Source of the DNA: the human T2T-CHM13v2.0 reference genome, Homo sapiens
Length of the DNA: 64,000 nucleotides
Reading direction: 5' to 3' (one strand)
NCBI RefSeq assembly: GCF_009914755.1
Contig: NC_060934.1
Both the position numbers and the translations under genes were made by a program. The notes beneath the pieces were generated by a model. It saw nothing but the letters and a program-made list of their open reading frames with translations. It was not told the DNA's origin and ran no database searches. Shown here piece by piece: positions 41,629-55,890 of the stretch. Every line of letters starts with the position of its first letter. Position 1 is the first letter of the stretch.

Positions 41629-41730
41629 TCTGCTCCTGAGACTCCACTCCTAATCGCTATTTCCTCCACCTGAATCAGGCTTAAAAAGCATGTCCCATAG
41701 TATTTTGATGACCCCAAGATGCAGGATGCA
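41629..41730 (+). repeat. Local duplication B, copy 2
   Basis: Direct copy, offset 1415; flanked by a 13-bp direct repeat. Confidence 0.95.
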
Positions 41731-42623
41731 GTCCAGTCCTGCATCCCCAGTCCTGAGTCCCCAGTCATGCAGCATAGACACATGGATTAGAATGGCAAGA
41801 CCTTGCCCTGTGGGAGTGTATGGGCTGGACAGAGAAGCAAACTAGTAAGTGCACATCCGAGCACCAAGCACTGCAGCGTAGTGTTTGGGAGGTGGGTCTG
41901 TGTCCTGGGACAACCACTGTATCTACCCTCTGGAGTTGTGAGGGCTCAATGAAACAATGGCTAAAGTAGCAAGCTGCCTGGCACATAGATTCTCACTCAG
42001 CATGGGCTAATTTTAGAGGAACGTGCAGGGCATGGAACTGTGTAGCGTGAGTTATCGGCTCCTTTTGTTGGAAGGAAGAAGAAGGAAGATCCGAGGAAAG
42101 GAGCAAAGCAGTATGTGACTCATGAGGCTGGAAGGAGGAAGGGGCTACACTGTAAAGAGCATTATACTGGGAAACATTTCCCATCACATTCTGAGCTTGG
42201 GTTGTGAAGATCAGCCCACAGGAACTTGGCTATTTCTACACCACATATAGTAAGCCAACCAGAGGAAAGATGGCAGCCCTGTTTTATTTTTCATGGGATG
42301 ACAGCTCTTTCAAGATTGTCCTGGGTTCTATTCAGCCTTCTGAAGAGGGCTGTGAACAAAAAGAAATGTTGTCTGACATAAGTGGCTGACACTGTGAAGA
42401 AGGGGCTCAGGAAACCCCCAGGAGACCAGGTAAGGGTCAGATGAAGAAGCCTGGTGTGTGTGAAATGGACAGAGAACAATGGGAGCATGGACAATGCTTT
42501 CTGGAAACCTGCCATGTGGATGAGTGAGCAGATGCATTCTCCCTGAACACTGAGAAGGAATAGGAAGTGAATACCTCGGTTCTCCCTGACATTGAGACCT
42601 AAAAGAAATTTCTCCTGTGGGCC

Positions 42624-42979
42624 TGTATAAGTTTGTTTTCACACTGCTGATAAAGACATGCCCAAGACTGGGCAATTTACAAAAGAAAGAGGTTTAATTG
42701 GACTTAGAGTTCCATGTGGCTGAGGAAGCCTCACAATCATGGTAGAAGGCCAGGAGGAGCAAGTCACATCCTACATGGATGGCAGCAGGCAAGGAGAGAC
42801 AGCTTGTGTGGGGGAATTCCTCTTTTTAAAACCATCAGATCTCTTGAGATTTATTGACTATCACGAGAACAACACGTGAAAAACTTGCCCCCCTGATTCA
42901 ATTACCTCCTGCTGGTCCCTCCCACAACAGGTGGGAATTCAAAATGAGATCTGGGTGGGAACACAGCCAAACCATACCA
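42624..42979 (-). mobile_element. THE1 (THE1C-like) solo LTR
   Basis: tgtataagtttgttttcacactgctgataaagacat...acacagccaaaccatacca. Confidence 0.9.
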
Positions 42980-43084
42980 GGGTACTTACAAGGGAGATGC
43001 TATTCTACGTGGGAGACACTATCCTCAGTAGTGCCAATGAACCATATGGGTCTGCAGAGTCCTTCCTCATCACCAAAGAGTGGG

Positions 43085-44450
43085 GTATCAGCACAGATGG
43101 CCTCACAGGTGAATTCTACCAACACTTAAGGAAGAAATATCTATTCCACACAAACTCTTCCAGAAATTTGAAAGGAGGCAATACTTCTCAACTCATTCTA
43201 TAAAATTAGTATTTATGTGGATACCAAAACCAAAGATATTACAAGAAAACTATAGACTAATATTCTTCTCAATATAGATGCAAAAATTCTAAGCAAAGTT
43301 TTAACAAATACAAATATATTGAAAGAATGATATATCATAATCAAGTGGAGTTCATCTCAGAAATGCAAGGTTGTTTTAATATTTGAAAAATCAATTAATG
43401 TAACTTACCATGTGTTATGGACTAAATGTTTGTGTCCCCCCAGCCAAATTCATATGTGGAAATCCTAACACCCAACATGATTGTATTAGGAGGTAGGGCC
43501 TTCTCTGAATGGAAATAATGCCCTTATAAAAGAGACCTGAGAGAGCTCCCTAGGCCCTTCTATCATACAATGTGCGGTAACAGTGAGAAGACAGTTTTCT
43601 ATAAGGAAGGGGTCCCTCAGATACCAAATCTGCCAGCACCTTGATCTTGCATTTCCCAGCCTCCAGCACTGTAGGAAATAAATTTCTGTTGTCTATAAGG
43701 TACCCAGTATATGGGATTTGGTTATAGCAGCCGAAATGGACTAAGACATCATATTTAAAAACTAAAAAAGAAAAACCATATTATCATCTAAATAGACACA
43801 AAGTTTTAAACGAAATCCAACATTCTTTTATGATTAAAATAAAACTATCATCAGCAAACTAGTAACAGAAGGAAACTCCCTCAACCTTAAGAGGTCATTA
43901 CAGAAAACATACATCTACTTAAATGTAAAAGACCAGGTGCTTCCTCCTAAGATTAGGAACAAGGCAAGGGTGTCCACTCTACCACGTCCAGTCAGCATTG
44001 TACTGGAGGTTCTAGCCAGTGCAAGAAACAGAAACAAAATGCATACAGATTGTCCAGGAAAAAGAAAAATTTTATTCACAGATGACGTTATCATCTGTAG
44101 AAAATCTAATAGAATCTACCCCAAAAGCTACTTGAGCTAATGGAGGGAATGGCAACATTGCAGAAGACAAGCTTAATATATAATAATCAACTGTATTTCC
44201 ATACATTAGCAACAAACAATTAGAAAATGAAATCTTTAAAAATACAAATTATAATAGCATTGAAAATCCGAAATATTTAGGGATAAATCTGACAAAAGAT
44301 GTAAAACAAACTACACTAGAAACTAGAAAACATTGCTGAGAGATAACAAAGAAAATCTAAATGAATGGAGATGCATCTTGTTGATGGGTCAGAAGGCTCA
44401 ATATCGTTAAGACATCAGTTCTCCCCCAAATTGCTATACAGTTTCAATAG
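43085..44450 (+). mobile_element. Old L1 ORF2 (reverse transcriptase region) fragment
   Basis: gatggcctcacaggtgaattctacc, atagatgcaaaaattct and ttattcacagatgac (degenerate FADD) blocks; many stops. Confidence 0.85.
43413..43748 (+). mobile_element. MLT1A-like solo LTR nested in L1
   Basis: tgttatggactaaatgtttgtgtccccc...aataaatttctgttg...gactaagaca. Confidence 0.85.
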
Positions 44451-46526
44451 GAGCTCAATCTGAAGTCTCTTCCAACCGGATGTCCAGAAATATCTGCCAT
44501 GAAATCCTTCCCTTTTCCCACACTGTCTCTGAACCCTGGCTCATGTATATCAGCTGAACTGATCTCCACACGTAGGTAAACCTCCCCACCATGCTTACTG
44601 TTTGCCACAACTTCTGAGCTAAGAAGCCTGTGGCTACTACCTTACTGTCCCAGTGAATTCACAGCAACTGTTTCCAGCAACTCCATAGTCTTGGAAATGG
44701 TACAAATCTAGCTTTTCACCTCTACCCTGGCGGTGACCACCTCTCCTGGACCATCCACGCCCATTGTCATCAGCCTGGAGCGTCTTTCCCTGAGGTGTCT
44801 TTGGACACCCTGAGTCCAGCAGGAGATGAGAATGAAAAGAAGCAATAAATATACGCGGTGGGTTCGGAGGCTGCCCTCAGCAACAGTGAGTACAAAATTC
44901 TCATCCAATGCCCAGGGCATCCAGTGCCAAGGTTAGTGTGGCCTCTGATGACTGTGAAGCGTCCCATGTTACCACCAAGGGCATCACAATAAATGCAAGA
45001 CATATGTCACAATTCAACCCATGGAGTCAGAACGGATAAGCAACAGTGGATCATGAGGTCAGCCCTATGGCAAAAGCAGCAGCAGCCTGAGGCCAGGGGA
45101 ATATCCCCTCAGTAGGCAGCCCCGCAGATGGCCCCAGCCTCAGGAACATGCTGGCCTGAGCCCCGTGGGGACCCTAGCAGGGTTATGGAGGGCTAATACA
45201 AGAGATGTGGAGATAGATGGGAGTTTGGGTCACTTATATCCCAACTGGGCTTTGAGAAGGGACCTCAAAGTAAATTAGTGAACAACAAGCAACACTGGTG
45301 CACAGGGAACAGCTTTTTGGCCACAAAAAAACCCACAAGTGTGTTAATGGGAGCAAAGGATGAGAATAAACCCTCTCCTTCCACTGGAGAATACTGATGG
45401 GAACCGCCTGCCTCTTATAATAGCTTTCCTAGCCATCGTCTGCATTTGTGCAGCACTCTCATTTACTTAGACTGAGCAGTGGTCGGCACCATTTTGCATG
45501 TTTTTATTTTCCCCATTTTCCAGAATAAGATGCAGACCAAAGAGTTAATCACTTTCCTGAGGATGCAGGACTCAGCTTTTCTGATGCAGGCCCCATATTC
45601 TTTCTGCTCTGGTGCAGCCCCCTCCTAGCTTTCGTCAACCCATGCTGAGACCAGAGCTCCAGGATGAGAAGGATACTCACACAGTGGCTGCCCTGCCCAG
45701 GGCTGTACCACAGGCTCTTGGCCCAGGATCTCTGATCTCTGCTAAGCCTGAACTACAACAAACAGCTCAGGAAAGCAACACAGAAGCAAGCCCTGGACCC
45801 TGAGAGAAGAAAGTTCTTGTACCAAGGTTGGATCTGGCCCACACAGGAGGGACAGAGACTGGAGGGAAGGAGCTAACAAGATGAGAGAGGCCAGGCTTGT
45901 CCATGAATGGCTCCATCAAGGTGCGATGCAAGGCACCTCCTGGGATCATGCAGGGAGTGAGACAGAGGCGTGGGGTGAGCTGTGCTGGAGTGGGCATAAG
46001 GTACCTCTGTTGGGCTGGGGTGAGAGTAGCTGGGGAGCCTGAGGTGGGATAATAGGGAGGGATGGAAGGAGTCAAAGGCCACTAATGGCCGTGTCAAGCA
46101 GTGCTGTTCAGTGTTCCTTGCCCCTCCACCTGGGCAGGAAAGACAGCACAGCCGGACTGAAGCACATCTCAGGGCGATTATTTCTTGTAGAGAATTTGGT
46201 GTCATGAGGCTCTGATTCTGCGGGTAGCAGGGCCTTTGTCCCATTGTTTGTCTCCATTGATTGGCTCCTGATCATTGATCAGCTAATCCAAAAATCAGCT
46301 CTTCAGTCCCTGGTCCCAGCTCAGGGTAATGCCCTGGGGGTATCTGTTCCAGTGAGTTGCTGATTCAGGCCAACCACTTCCACACTGGACTAGCACCCTG
46401 TGAAGGCAGAGCTTCCAAGACACCAGCCCCACTGCCCTGTGAGAAGTATGGAAGGCCAGAGCGCAGGCTAAATTCCAAGAGGAGCTAGAAGCCCTCAGAC
46501 TCTGGGCCTCCCAAATCTCTAGATGC

Positions 46527-46825
46527 CAGGGCCAGAGCTACCACTCTCAGGGCCCACGAAGGGCCTACACTGCGCCTGAGGGAGGGAGTACCACCTTGGG
46601 CTTAGACTGAAGGCCACATTAAATTACAATGAGGGCCCCCTTAATTTTAAGAGGAGCACCTCCTTCATTGTAGAACACCTCCTTAATTTAATGGCAAATA
46701 TCTTCTTAGTCTTAGGGAGAACACCTCCTTAATGAATGAGCACCTCTGTAATTTTAGGAGGTGTGCCTCCCTAATTTTGAGCCCTGGTGTCCTTCTGGGC
46801 CCACTCTGCTCCTAGTTATCCGGGT
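46527..46825. mobile_element. MER91-like hAT-Tip100 relic with internal repeats
   Basis: Starts cagggcc; carries repeated cacctccttaatt and ends aattttgagccctgg, resembling MER91. Confidence 0.45.
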
Positions 46826-47679
46826 GCCATAACTTCTTTGTGTTTAACAGAGAGCCCCGCCTAAATCTGAAACCTGGCAGAAACCTAAGGTCCAATTCCA
46901 CAAAACAAGGAGTGGGCTGTCCTCATCCACAGGTTGAAGTGAGGCCTTTGAGAGGGCGGGGGCCCACCTGTGCAGTCTCCGGGAACAGACGCTCAGCAGA
47001 CTGGAGAGGAGCTCCTTCTTACCTGTGACAATCCCATTCTTCATTCAAGCCCCCACTAAATTTCAGGCCACACTTCATGTTCACCTCCTGCCAATTCTGG
47101 AGAACAGTCCCCTGGAAAAAAAACTTTTGGGAAACTCCAGGCCCTGTGTGAAAACACTTTGGGGTCCTATATCTATGTCATGTGGAACTGTGATACCTTC
47201 CAAAAATATTTTGTTCCCAGTACAGTCCAGTTAGCACACCAGGCTAGGAGCTTCCACAGCCAGTCCCAACATGGCTCTCTGGGGTGAGTGTTGGATACGG
47301 TTCACGAAATTCCTGCAGCAAGGAATCTCACTTCTTGCTTTCTTTACTTTTTCTACTGGGAATGTTTGCAAAATGCAACTGTGGGAGGGACCTGCTTTGG
47401 ATGATACAGGATTCTCCTCCACAGATCCTCTATGAAGTCTTAAGTTATAAAACCACCAATAGGATTCCATGACCCAGTGGAAGTCCCCAGACACCATCTG
47501 TATTCCTAGGAGCCTGAATCTCCAAGGCTATGGGGCAGGTGCTGCAGGACCCAGAAATGCTTACTCCTGAGGAGTCACAATATAATGTTTACTCTAAGGC
47601 GTCAGGCCAGACACAGAGACTTCTATGCCAAAAACCTCAGGTGGCTAGATGACTGAATTAGCTGCTTTTCCAGTTAACC

Positions 47680-48230
47680 TTGCATGGCTGCATAACAGCC
47701 CACTCTAAAACGTAGTGATGTAAGGCTACAATCATTTGATTATACTCAAAACTTTGTGATTCGGAAATTCTGGCAGAACTCAGTGGAGGCGGCTCACCTC
47801 TACTCCATGATAACTGGGGCCACAGATGGGGTCACAGGTAGGGTGGCTGGCATGGCTCACGTGGCTGAGGTGGCTCATCTGGTGCTTTGGTTCTGATTGT
47901 TGTCTGGGTCCATCACTTCCAGTCTATGTCACATCTGCTGGAGCTGGAATGTCAAAGATAACTTCTTCCATCATTTGTCCTGTGCAATGCTGAACCAGCT
48001 GGGGCTGTTGTGCCTCTCTCTCTCTCTCTTTTTCTCTCTCTCTCTCTCTCTCTTTCTCTTCCTTTCTCTCTTTCTCTCTCTCACTCTCATTTCTCCCCCT
48101 CACTCTTATTTCTCCCTCTCTCTTTTTACAAGTCTCTCTACAAGGCTGGCTTGGGCTTCCTCACAATATGTCGGTCTCACTCCTCAGGGATTAGCAGGTG
48201 TGTCTTCACAGCAAAACCATTCTTAGCCAA
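47680..48230 (-). mobile_element. Old MaLR LTR (MLT1-like) with internal (CT)n expansion at 48013-48125
   Basis: gctgcataacagcccactctaaaacgtagtga...ttgggcttcctcacaa. Confidence 0.55.
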
Positions 48231-50590
48231 TTTTCCTGAGAGATGGCAGCCAGCACATCGCTGAGAAAACTGGGAGACCTTAGAGTTGGCAGTTCCCACT
48301 TGGGAGATGTGCAGAGGAAACAAGACGTATGGAGAGGGCCTACTGTCTACATGGCGTGTGGTGGCACCTGAGTGAGGGGCAACAGGGCTGACATGCCCAG
48401 GAAGCTTCCAATCCCAGACACCTCCTGGCCAGCCCACACCTCTGCCCCCCTACTGCCCAGATAAAGTCCAAACATCAACATGCAATGGCAGGGCATGCCT
48501 TCTGCTTTATGCCTGGGAAGCCTCCTTCTCTGGGTCCCCAGACAGAACAGACCCTCCACTCTTCTGGGCCTCTATGCCAAGCGCCCTGCTGTGCCACTGG
48601 ACAGTAAAGCCACCTGCACCACACCACCAGGAGCCACAGCCAGAACTGTGCTTCAAGCCCAAGTCAACAAAGAAACTAGCAGATACCCTGTGCTGGGAGA
48701 GGGAGTGGCCAGGAGCACCTGGAGCTGGTCTCTGTCCCTCAGCCACCACCAAATATCACTGAAGTCTCTCACCATCTGCACGGGGTCAGGGAGCTTTCTG
48801 AAATACCAATCTAAACACGAGTCCCTTCTGCTCACGCTGCAGAGCCCAATATTTAAGAACCCCACAGTCGCCTTGATCCACATGCACTGCCCATTGCCCC
48901 CGACTGTGCCCCTGCTTCTGCTGTTAGGGGCCCCCACACCCTGCAGTGCCTGGCCCCTCCATCTGCACAGGTCTATTCCTGCTGCTTTCCTAGTCCACTC
49001 TACCTTCATCTTTATTCATCTTCCCTGATAGTCCCACGAGTGGCCCCTCCTGTCTGGCCCCAGAGCTCCTGGGTGAGTCCCTCGTCCAGCTTGGGTTACT
49101 GCCCTCGCTGAATGCACTTTTCTCAGTCCACATCACATCTCTCCTGCTGGACTAAGCATACCACAGCCATGAGCCCAGTGCCTGGCCCAACCGGTAACCA
49201 CAGAAGACCAGGTGGGCCTCGGAGAAGCGGCCAGGAGCCGCCCCCCAAGGAGGGTGGGCCTGCCTCTCCCAGCAGAGCTGCCTGAACATTGAGACCAGAG
49301 GCAAACAGAGCAGGGGACAGAGGAGGGACTCGGTGCGAGTCCGTGTTGTTTCAACCTGGCATGCTCTGCATCCAGGAACACGAACCCCAAAAGTGGGAGG
49401 ACTGAGCAGAAAGCGGTGACCCGTTGGCCTGGATATCAAAGGGCTTTACAGCCTCCCATGAGCGCCCCACTGATCCTCTTCCGCCTTGGGTAAATTGAGG
49501 AGCCATACTCCTGGCTCCCCACACTCTCCTCCTCCCGCCAGGTGGCATTCCTCAGTCTCGGCAGGCAGAATCCTGCTGGCTATGGTTGGAGGGAGCTTGT
49601 GGGAGTGACCTCACGCCCCTTAGTACAAAGTGGCTGACTGGACACTGGCAAAGCTGCCAGGGCCAAGTTGGGGGAAGGAGTCGCCTCTTTGCATTGATCA
49701 CCTGACATCTATCAGGCACTAAGCCGTGCATTTCAGACTCCAATCCAAGCAATTTTCTCCAATCCAAGCAATGACTGTGAGTTGTAACTTATTCTGCCCC
49801 TTCCACAGATGAGAAAACACAGCTTGGATGAGTTAAGTACTTGCCACTTGTATGTAATAACACACAGAACTGGGATTTCCATCCGGCTCTCATTTCTCTG
49901 TTGCCATTTTTTTTATGCAAACCAGCACTCTCTCTACAGTGTTCCTCAAATGCCCCTCTGACCGCTGACCCTCTGTTTGTCTAAAGAGTGCAAAACAAAA
50001 GGCATCAAAATAGCTCTCCACATGCCAAACAGGTGCAGGTCAGGGAAGAAGCTGAGTTCCCAAGACCCTTTCCTGCCATCTGCTGGTCGTCTGCCACAAG
50101 CCCCCTGCAAATTGGCCAACATGACGTGTCACGTAAGTGGAGCCCATGCCTGTCCTACAGAGTGCTCAATGCAGGCATCAGCCTGGAGTCGAACACCCCT
50201 TCCCAGGCCCAGGGCAGGAAGCACTTCTTCCCCAGCCAGTGATTCACTGAGCACCCATGACACGCTTGGTATCAGTTAGCTCACTACGGTCCTCATGACC
50301 ACTGTGTGCAGGAGATAATGAGGAAACTGAGACTCAGAGAGATTGGGTGACTATGCTATGAACTAGAAAATGAAAGACTGAAACTCAGGATCTGACCTGG
50401 GCCTCCATCCGTGGTTGGTTGGTTGGTTTGACTTACATTACTTACATTCTGTGTGCCTCAGTTTCCTCTATGTAAAGTGGGGATAACAAGAGTACCTTCT
50501 CATAGGACTGCTGCAATGATTAAACAAGCAAATGAATGCTGGGTGCTGATAATAGGACATGGCGAAAACCAAATAAATGGCCATTTGCCT

Positions 50591-50978
50591 GCACATCACA
50601 CATATACTCACATACACTCACATATTCACACGTGCACATTCACACACATACACACACACTTACACACACACTCACACACATATATGCACATATATACTCA
50701 CACTCACATATTCACACATGCACATTCACACACATACACTCACACACACACACTCACACACATCCACATATATAATCACACTCACATTCACACATACATT
50801 CACACATGAACTTACATACACACCCACATACACACATACATACACTCACACACTCACATATATACTCACATATACACATACACTCACACACTCACACATG
50901 TACACACACACATACACTCACACATACATGCACTCACAAGCCTACACACACACACGTGTCCACACATGCACGCACGCA
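50591..50978. repeat. Degenerate (CA/CATA/CACT)n simple repeat, ~390 bp
   Basis: Directly visible; it generates the H/T-rich spurious ORFs. Confidence 0.95.
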
Positions 50979-52208
50979 GGCTGGAAAGCAGTGGGTAGCA
51001 GGAAACCGCGCACCACCTAGAGCTGGCTGCCTCCACCTGGTCTCTAGGCCCTCACTGTCCAGCATGTATCCTTGAGTGAACTACACAGGCCACTGAGCCT
51101 CACTGTCCTCCTCTGTAAAATGGAGAGAGTGGGACTCCTGTGCCACAGGCCTGCTGGAAGGGCCGGGACATGTGCAACATGGTGTGGAAGCTCTGAAGTG
51201 CTCTGTAAGTTTTGACTCTTCAGTTAGGCTGACACTGCAGGGGGATGTGGCCCACTAGCATCATCTGTCCTCGCCCCAGGTGAGCCAGCAGGGCAGCTGG
51301 AACCTGGAGAGAGTGGGAGACTCGGTGTCCGCCTCCTGTGAACCAAGGGACTGGTGGCACGTTAATGTGGGCAGTCGCCCATGAAGCACAGCGGAGCCCC
51401 AGAGCCCTCCATCCATTGCTCAGAAAACATAACCGCCTCTTCTCACCTGCCTAGATCCAAGTGCTCTGTCCCCTTTCCCCGGCCCCATATCTCCATGATC
51501 GCCCCTCCCACCCCCCACCCCCAGAATCGAGGGGTGGAGTGCTGGTAGCTTCAGTGCAAGGCTCTTCCCTGCTCTCTAGAAGAGGCATTTCAGCATTGGA
51601 CGAAGGGCCCCCTTCAGCTTGAGACACCAGGCGATGGAAGCCCACACAATGTCTCTGCCAGGGAAGAGGAAGCACCAGAAGCCAGGAAGCAGCGCCACGA
51701 GCAGCAGGGAGGAGAGGCCACCCCCAGGCAGCCAGGGATGACAGCCCAGCCCACCATCTTTGACTGGGAGGAAGAGAGGATGAAGCCACCCTTCAGCACA
51801 CAGCAGGGGCATCATCAGAGCCCAGAGAGAAACAGGGTCAGCATTGTAATCAGTTAGGGACAGAAAGACTTCTAGTCAGCAGGCCGATGCACTGCCCCTG
51901 CAATGTTTCTATTGGGGACTCCAAAGGTCCGTGCTGTGCTGGTTGTGGGAAGCCATGGGAGCCAGCAAATCCTTGTGAGGAGAGCACCCAGAGACAGCAA
52001 GTCTGGAAAGGCAGGTCCGAGATGAAATTCACCTATGACAGATGAAAGTTCAGCACTAACTGCCAAGAAAGGGGAGGAGGAGAGCTGAGGTTGAGCAACA
52101 TTTTCTTGTCAGAGAAAAACCCCAGGAGTTTAATCAGCACTGGGTCCAAAGCAATGAGCAATGAGTGTGACCTGCCGCCACCCCTCAGCAAGCAAGACCA
52201 AGGCCACA

Positions 52209-52703
<495 letters not shown>

Positions 52704-52902
52704 TGAGTATGTGTGCATGTGCCACTTTTGACCTGCAAGTTCTGCTCAACTCACCCTACATCTGTCTACTCAGAATAACTCAGAGCAGTCCCCTTCCCAT
52801 GTGAATTCCATCCTATCTCAGGGGTGAAGGGAGTTGAGGGGGGCTCTAGAATAGCTCCTGGTTTGTGCAGACCATCCCATAAATCAATGAATTATCCTTT
52901 CT

Positions 52903-53880
52903 ACCCACCCAACCATCCACCAATTGATCCAGCCAGCCACCCATCTATCCATCCATCTGCCCATCCATTCGTCAGCCCACCCATCCATCCACTTACCCAC
53001 CAATCTATTCATGCACCAATCCACTCATCCATCTATCCATCTATCCATCCATCCACACATCCATCCAGCTACCTATCCATCTACCCACCCACCTCTTCAT
53101 CCACCTGCCCATCCATCCATCTATTCATCCATCTACCTATCCACTTGCCTATCCATCTATTCACCCACCCATCTATTTATCCATCCACCCACCCATCCAT
53201 CCATCTGCCCATATATGCATACATACATACACACACCCATTCACCCATCCACCCACCCATTTATCCATCCATCTTCCAATTCATCCAGCCAGCCACTCAT
53301 CTATCCATCCACCTGCTTATCCATCCATCTATGCACCTACACATCCATCCATCCATCCAACTACCCATACACCCAACCATCCATCCATCCACCCACCTAT
53401 CCAACAGCAACCAGTGACCCAAGCAAGAGAACAGGGCTGGGGCAGGACCCATCCACGGCCAAGCACTGAAGCCAGACACACAGCACACACTGGGGTGGGC
53501 CCCAGCACATGACAGAGAACAGCTGTGAATCAAGGGGCTGGTGCCACATTAGTGTGGGCAGTTGCTGGGGGCACTAAGGGTGGCTGCTCTGGGGAAGCTT
53601 AATCAGAAGACCTCTGGGCCTCTGCCTGGAGTTCCAGGGAGCAATCCAGGAGGCTTCCTGCTCTCTTGCACCTTGCTAGTCACAGCTAGTCACATCTATT
53701 CATCCATTCACTCACCCATCCATCCATACACCCACCCATCTATCTATCTACCCATCTATCTATCTATTCATTTACCCATCCATACATCTATCCATCCATC
53801 CATCCACCCACCTATCCATCCATCCATCCATCCACCTACTCATCCATACACCCACCCATCCACGCATCTCATCAATCATT
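52903..53880. repeat. Degenerate (CCAT)n simple repeat split by duplication A
   Basis: CCAT/CCAC/CTAT units at 52903-53401 and 53695-53880. Confidence 0.95.
53402..53687 (+). repeat. Local duplication A, inserted copy (intron 2)
   Basis: Direct copy, offset 1193, embedded in the (CCAT)n tract. Confidence 0.97.
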
Positions 53881-55369
53881 TATTTATTCAGCAAATATTA
53901 ATTGAGCTCTTGTTTAGAGAATGGGGAATCAGGTCAAAGAAATATATATTTGAGCTTCTCTACATGCCAAATACAGTTAAATGTCTTAATTGCATTATGT
54001 TATTTAACTTTCACAGCACTGTAGGAGAAGGGCATATTGGCCTAGTTTTACAGATGAGAAAATTCAGAAGGAGTAAGCAGGTTAGCCCACATCACCAAGC
54101 TCATGAGCAGCAGGATCCAGATTCAAACCCAAGACCCTTTTTTTCCCCAGACAATGTCTTTTCTTCTCCACTACCAGCTACCTCTGTAAGTGTGTCCTGG
54201 CAGGAAGGTGATCCCTGTGCAGTGGTGTCCCAGGGGATTAGAAGAACCTGGGTCTCTGCCCCAGCATCTCTGCAGCCCCATCCTGAGGGGCTTCTAGCAG
54301 TTTCTTCCAAATGATATAGGAAGGCTGTGTGTTCTAGCCCCCCAAATCCTGAAGAGCTTACTGAACTGAGAAGCAACAGATAACAATTTGCCAGGCTGCC
54401 CCACAAATGTCCTGTTCTGCCTACAGGGTCCACCAGGCTGTGACCTCCACTCCCCCCCCTCCTCAGGATCCACCTCTACCTTCAGGTGGCAGCTGACCTG
54501 TGCTTTTAGCAGCCTCCACCCTCCCGCCTCAGGGCAGGCCTCTTGCTGTGTTTGGGGGCTCACACCTGCCATCTCCCAGATGCGGTTCAGCCTCTGAGCC
54601 CATTTCCACACTGCCATCTAGACACACAGATCTCTCTGACAACCTTCAAGAGCTTCCACCACCTCTGGTCCACACCCTGTGCCATATTCTGGCCTCTGCC
54701 TCACTTCTTGCCACTCATGTACAGCAGGAGGCTTCTGACTCTTTTTCAAACTCACCAGCATGGCCTCGCCTCCAAGCTTCACTCATTCTGTTGGGTGCCC
54801 AAGCACCTTCCACCCATTTCCACCTGCCCAATGCCTGACACTCCTTCCTGGCATTCTGCCCTGGCAATTGTGCCCTGAGCCTGGAGCCCCTGCTGGCTGG
54901 CAGTGACTTCTCCTGGTTCTGAACACCCTCCGTGTCTAACTGACCATGTCCCTAGCCGCTGTGCACCATTGCCCTGGGATCCAGAAGCAGGCGGGCCTTC
55001 CTCCTCTCCAGTGGGTCCCTAACTCTCGGGTCAGGCCATGGCAGGTGAATGCAGGCTGCCTTCTGCCCAGAACCCTGTTTTGTCTCTGTTTTGAGGGGAC
55101 CCTATGCCCATGTGGTCTCTGGGTGGTCCAGTCCAGCCTGGGGTCCCCTGCCCCTTGCTGTGCCCTGTTCTCTAACACCTGCAGGATCAGCACTCAGTAC
55201 CTGCCCTGTCTGTCCCTCCCTGCCACTCAATAGCACCAGACAGGAAGTCTGAATGAGTCGCTTTATTCCCCAAGCCTTGATATACCTCTCTGTCCCAGGG
55301 CATAGAAAAAGGCAGTGGCAATTATTTTGCAAAACACGTCTTGATGTGCCTGTTAGGCACACAAGCTCT

Positions 55370-55890
55370 GGAGCCTGCGTGCTAGGTTCTGATCTTCCCC
55401 CTGCTACTGATAAGGGGCCATTGGTGATGGGGCAAACCTCTCTGTGCCTTAGTTTCCTCATCGGTAAACTGACAGTAATTATAGTGTTTATTATAATATA
55501 ATATAGTACTTATTATAAAATTGTTGCAAGGACTAAATGAGTTGATATTTGTAAGGCCTTTAGAATTATGCCTGGCCCATAGCAATCATTACATAAATGT
55601 TAGTTATTATCATTTTAAAACCAAGGGGTAAGAGTTAGGCTCACACTGGGAGGCATAGAGACTGAGAGGAGTGGAGATCACTAAATGATCTAACTAATCA
55701 CAGGGAGAGAGAAATGATAACTAGAATTGATATAATCACTGTGTGCCAAGCATGGTCCTAAGTGCTTTACAAATATCATTTAATTCTTAGAACAGTTTTA
55801 CTGTTGATGCACTATAATAACCCCAGTTTACAGCTGAGGAAACTAAGACAGAGAAAGGTCACACCTCTCACCTGTGATCACACAATCTAG
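55370..55890. mobile_element. Two MIR elements in opposite orientation
   Basis: ctctgtgccttagtttcctcatc and ccagtttacagctgaggaaactaag cores. Confidence 0.7.

Noticed and set aside
50453-51075. His/Thr-rich ORFs
   Set aside because: Translations of a CA-rich simple repeat.
52824-54314. Pro/Ser/Ile/His-rich ORFs up to 250 aa
   Set aside because: Translations of (CCAT)n plus the duplicated segment and MIR sequence.
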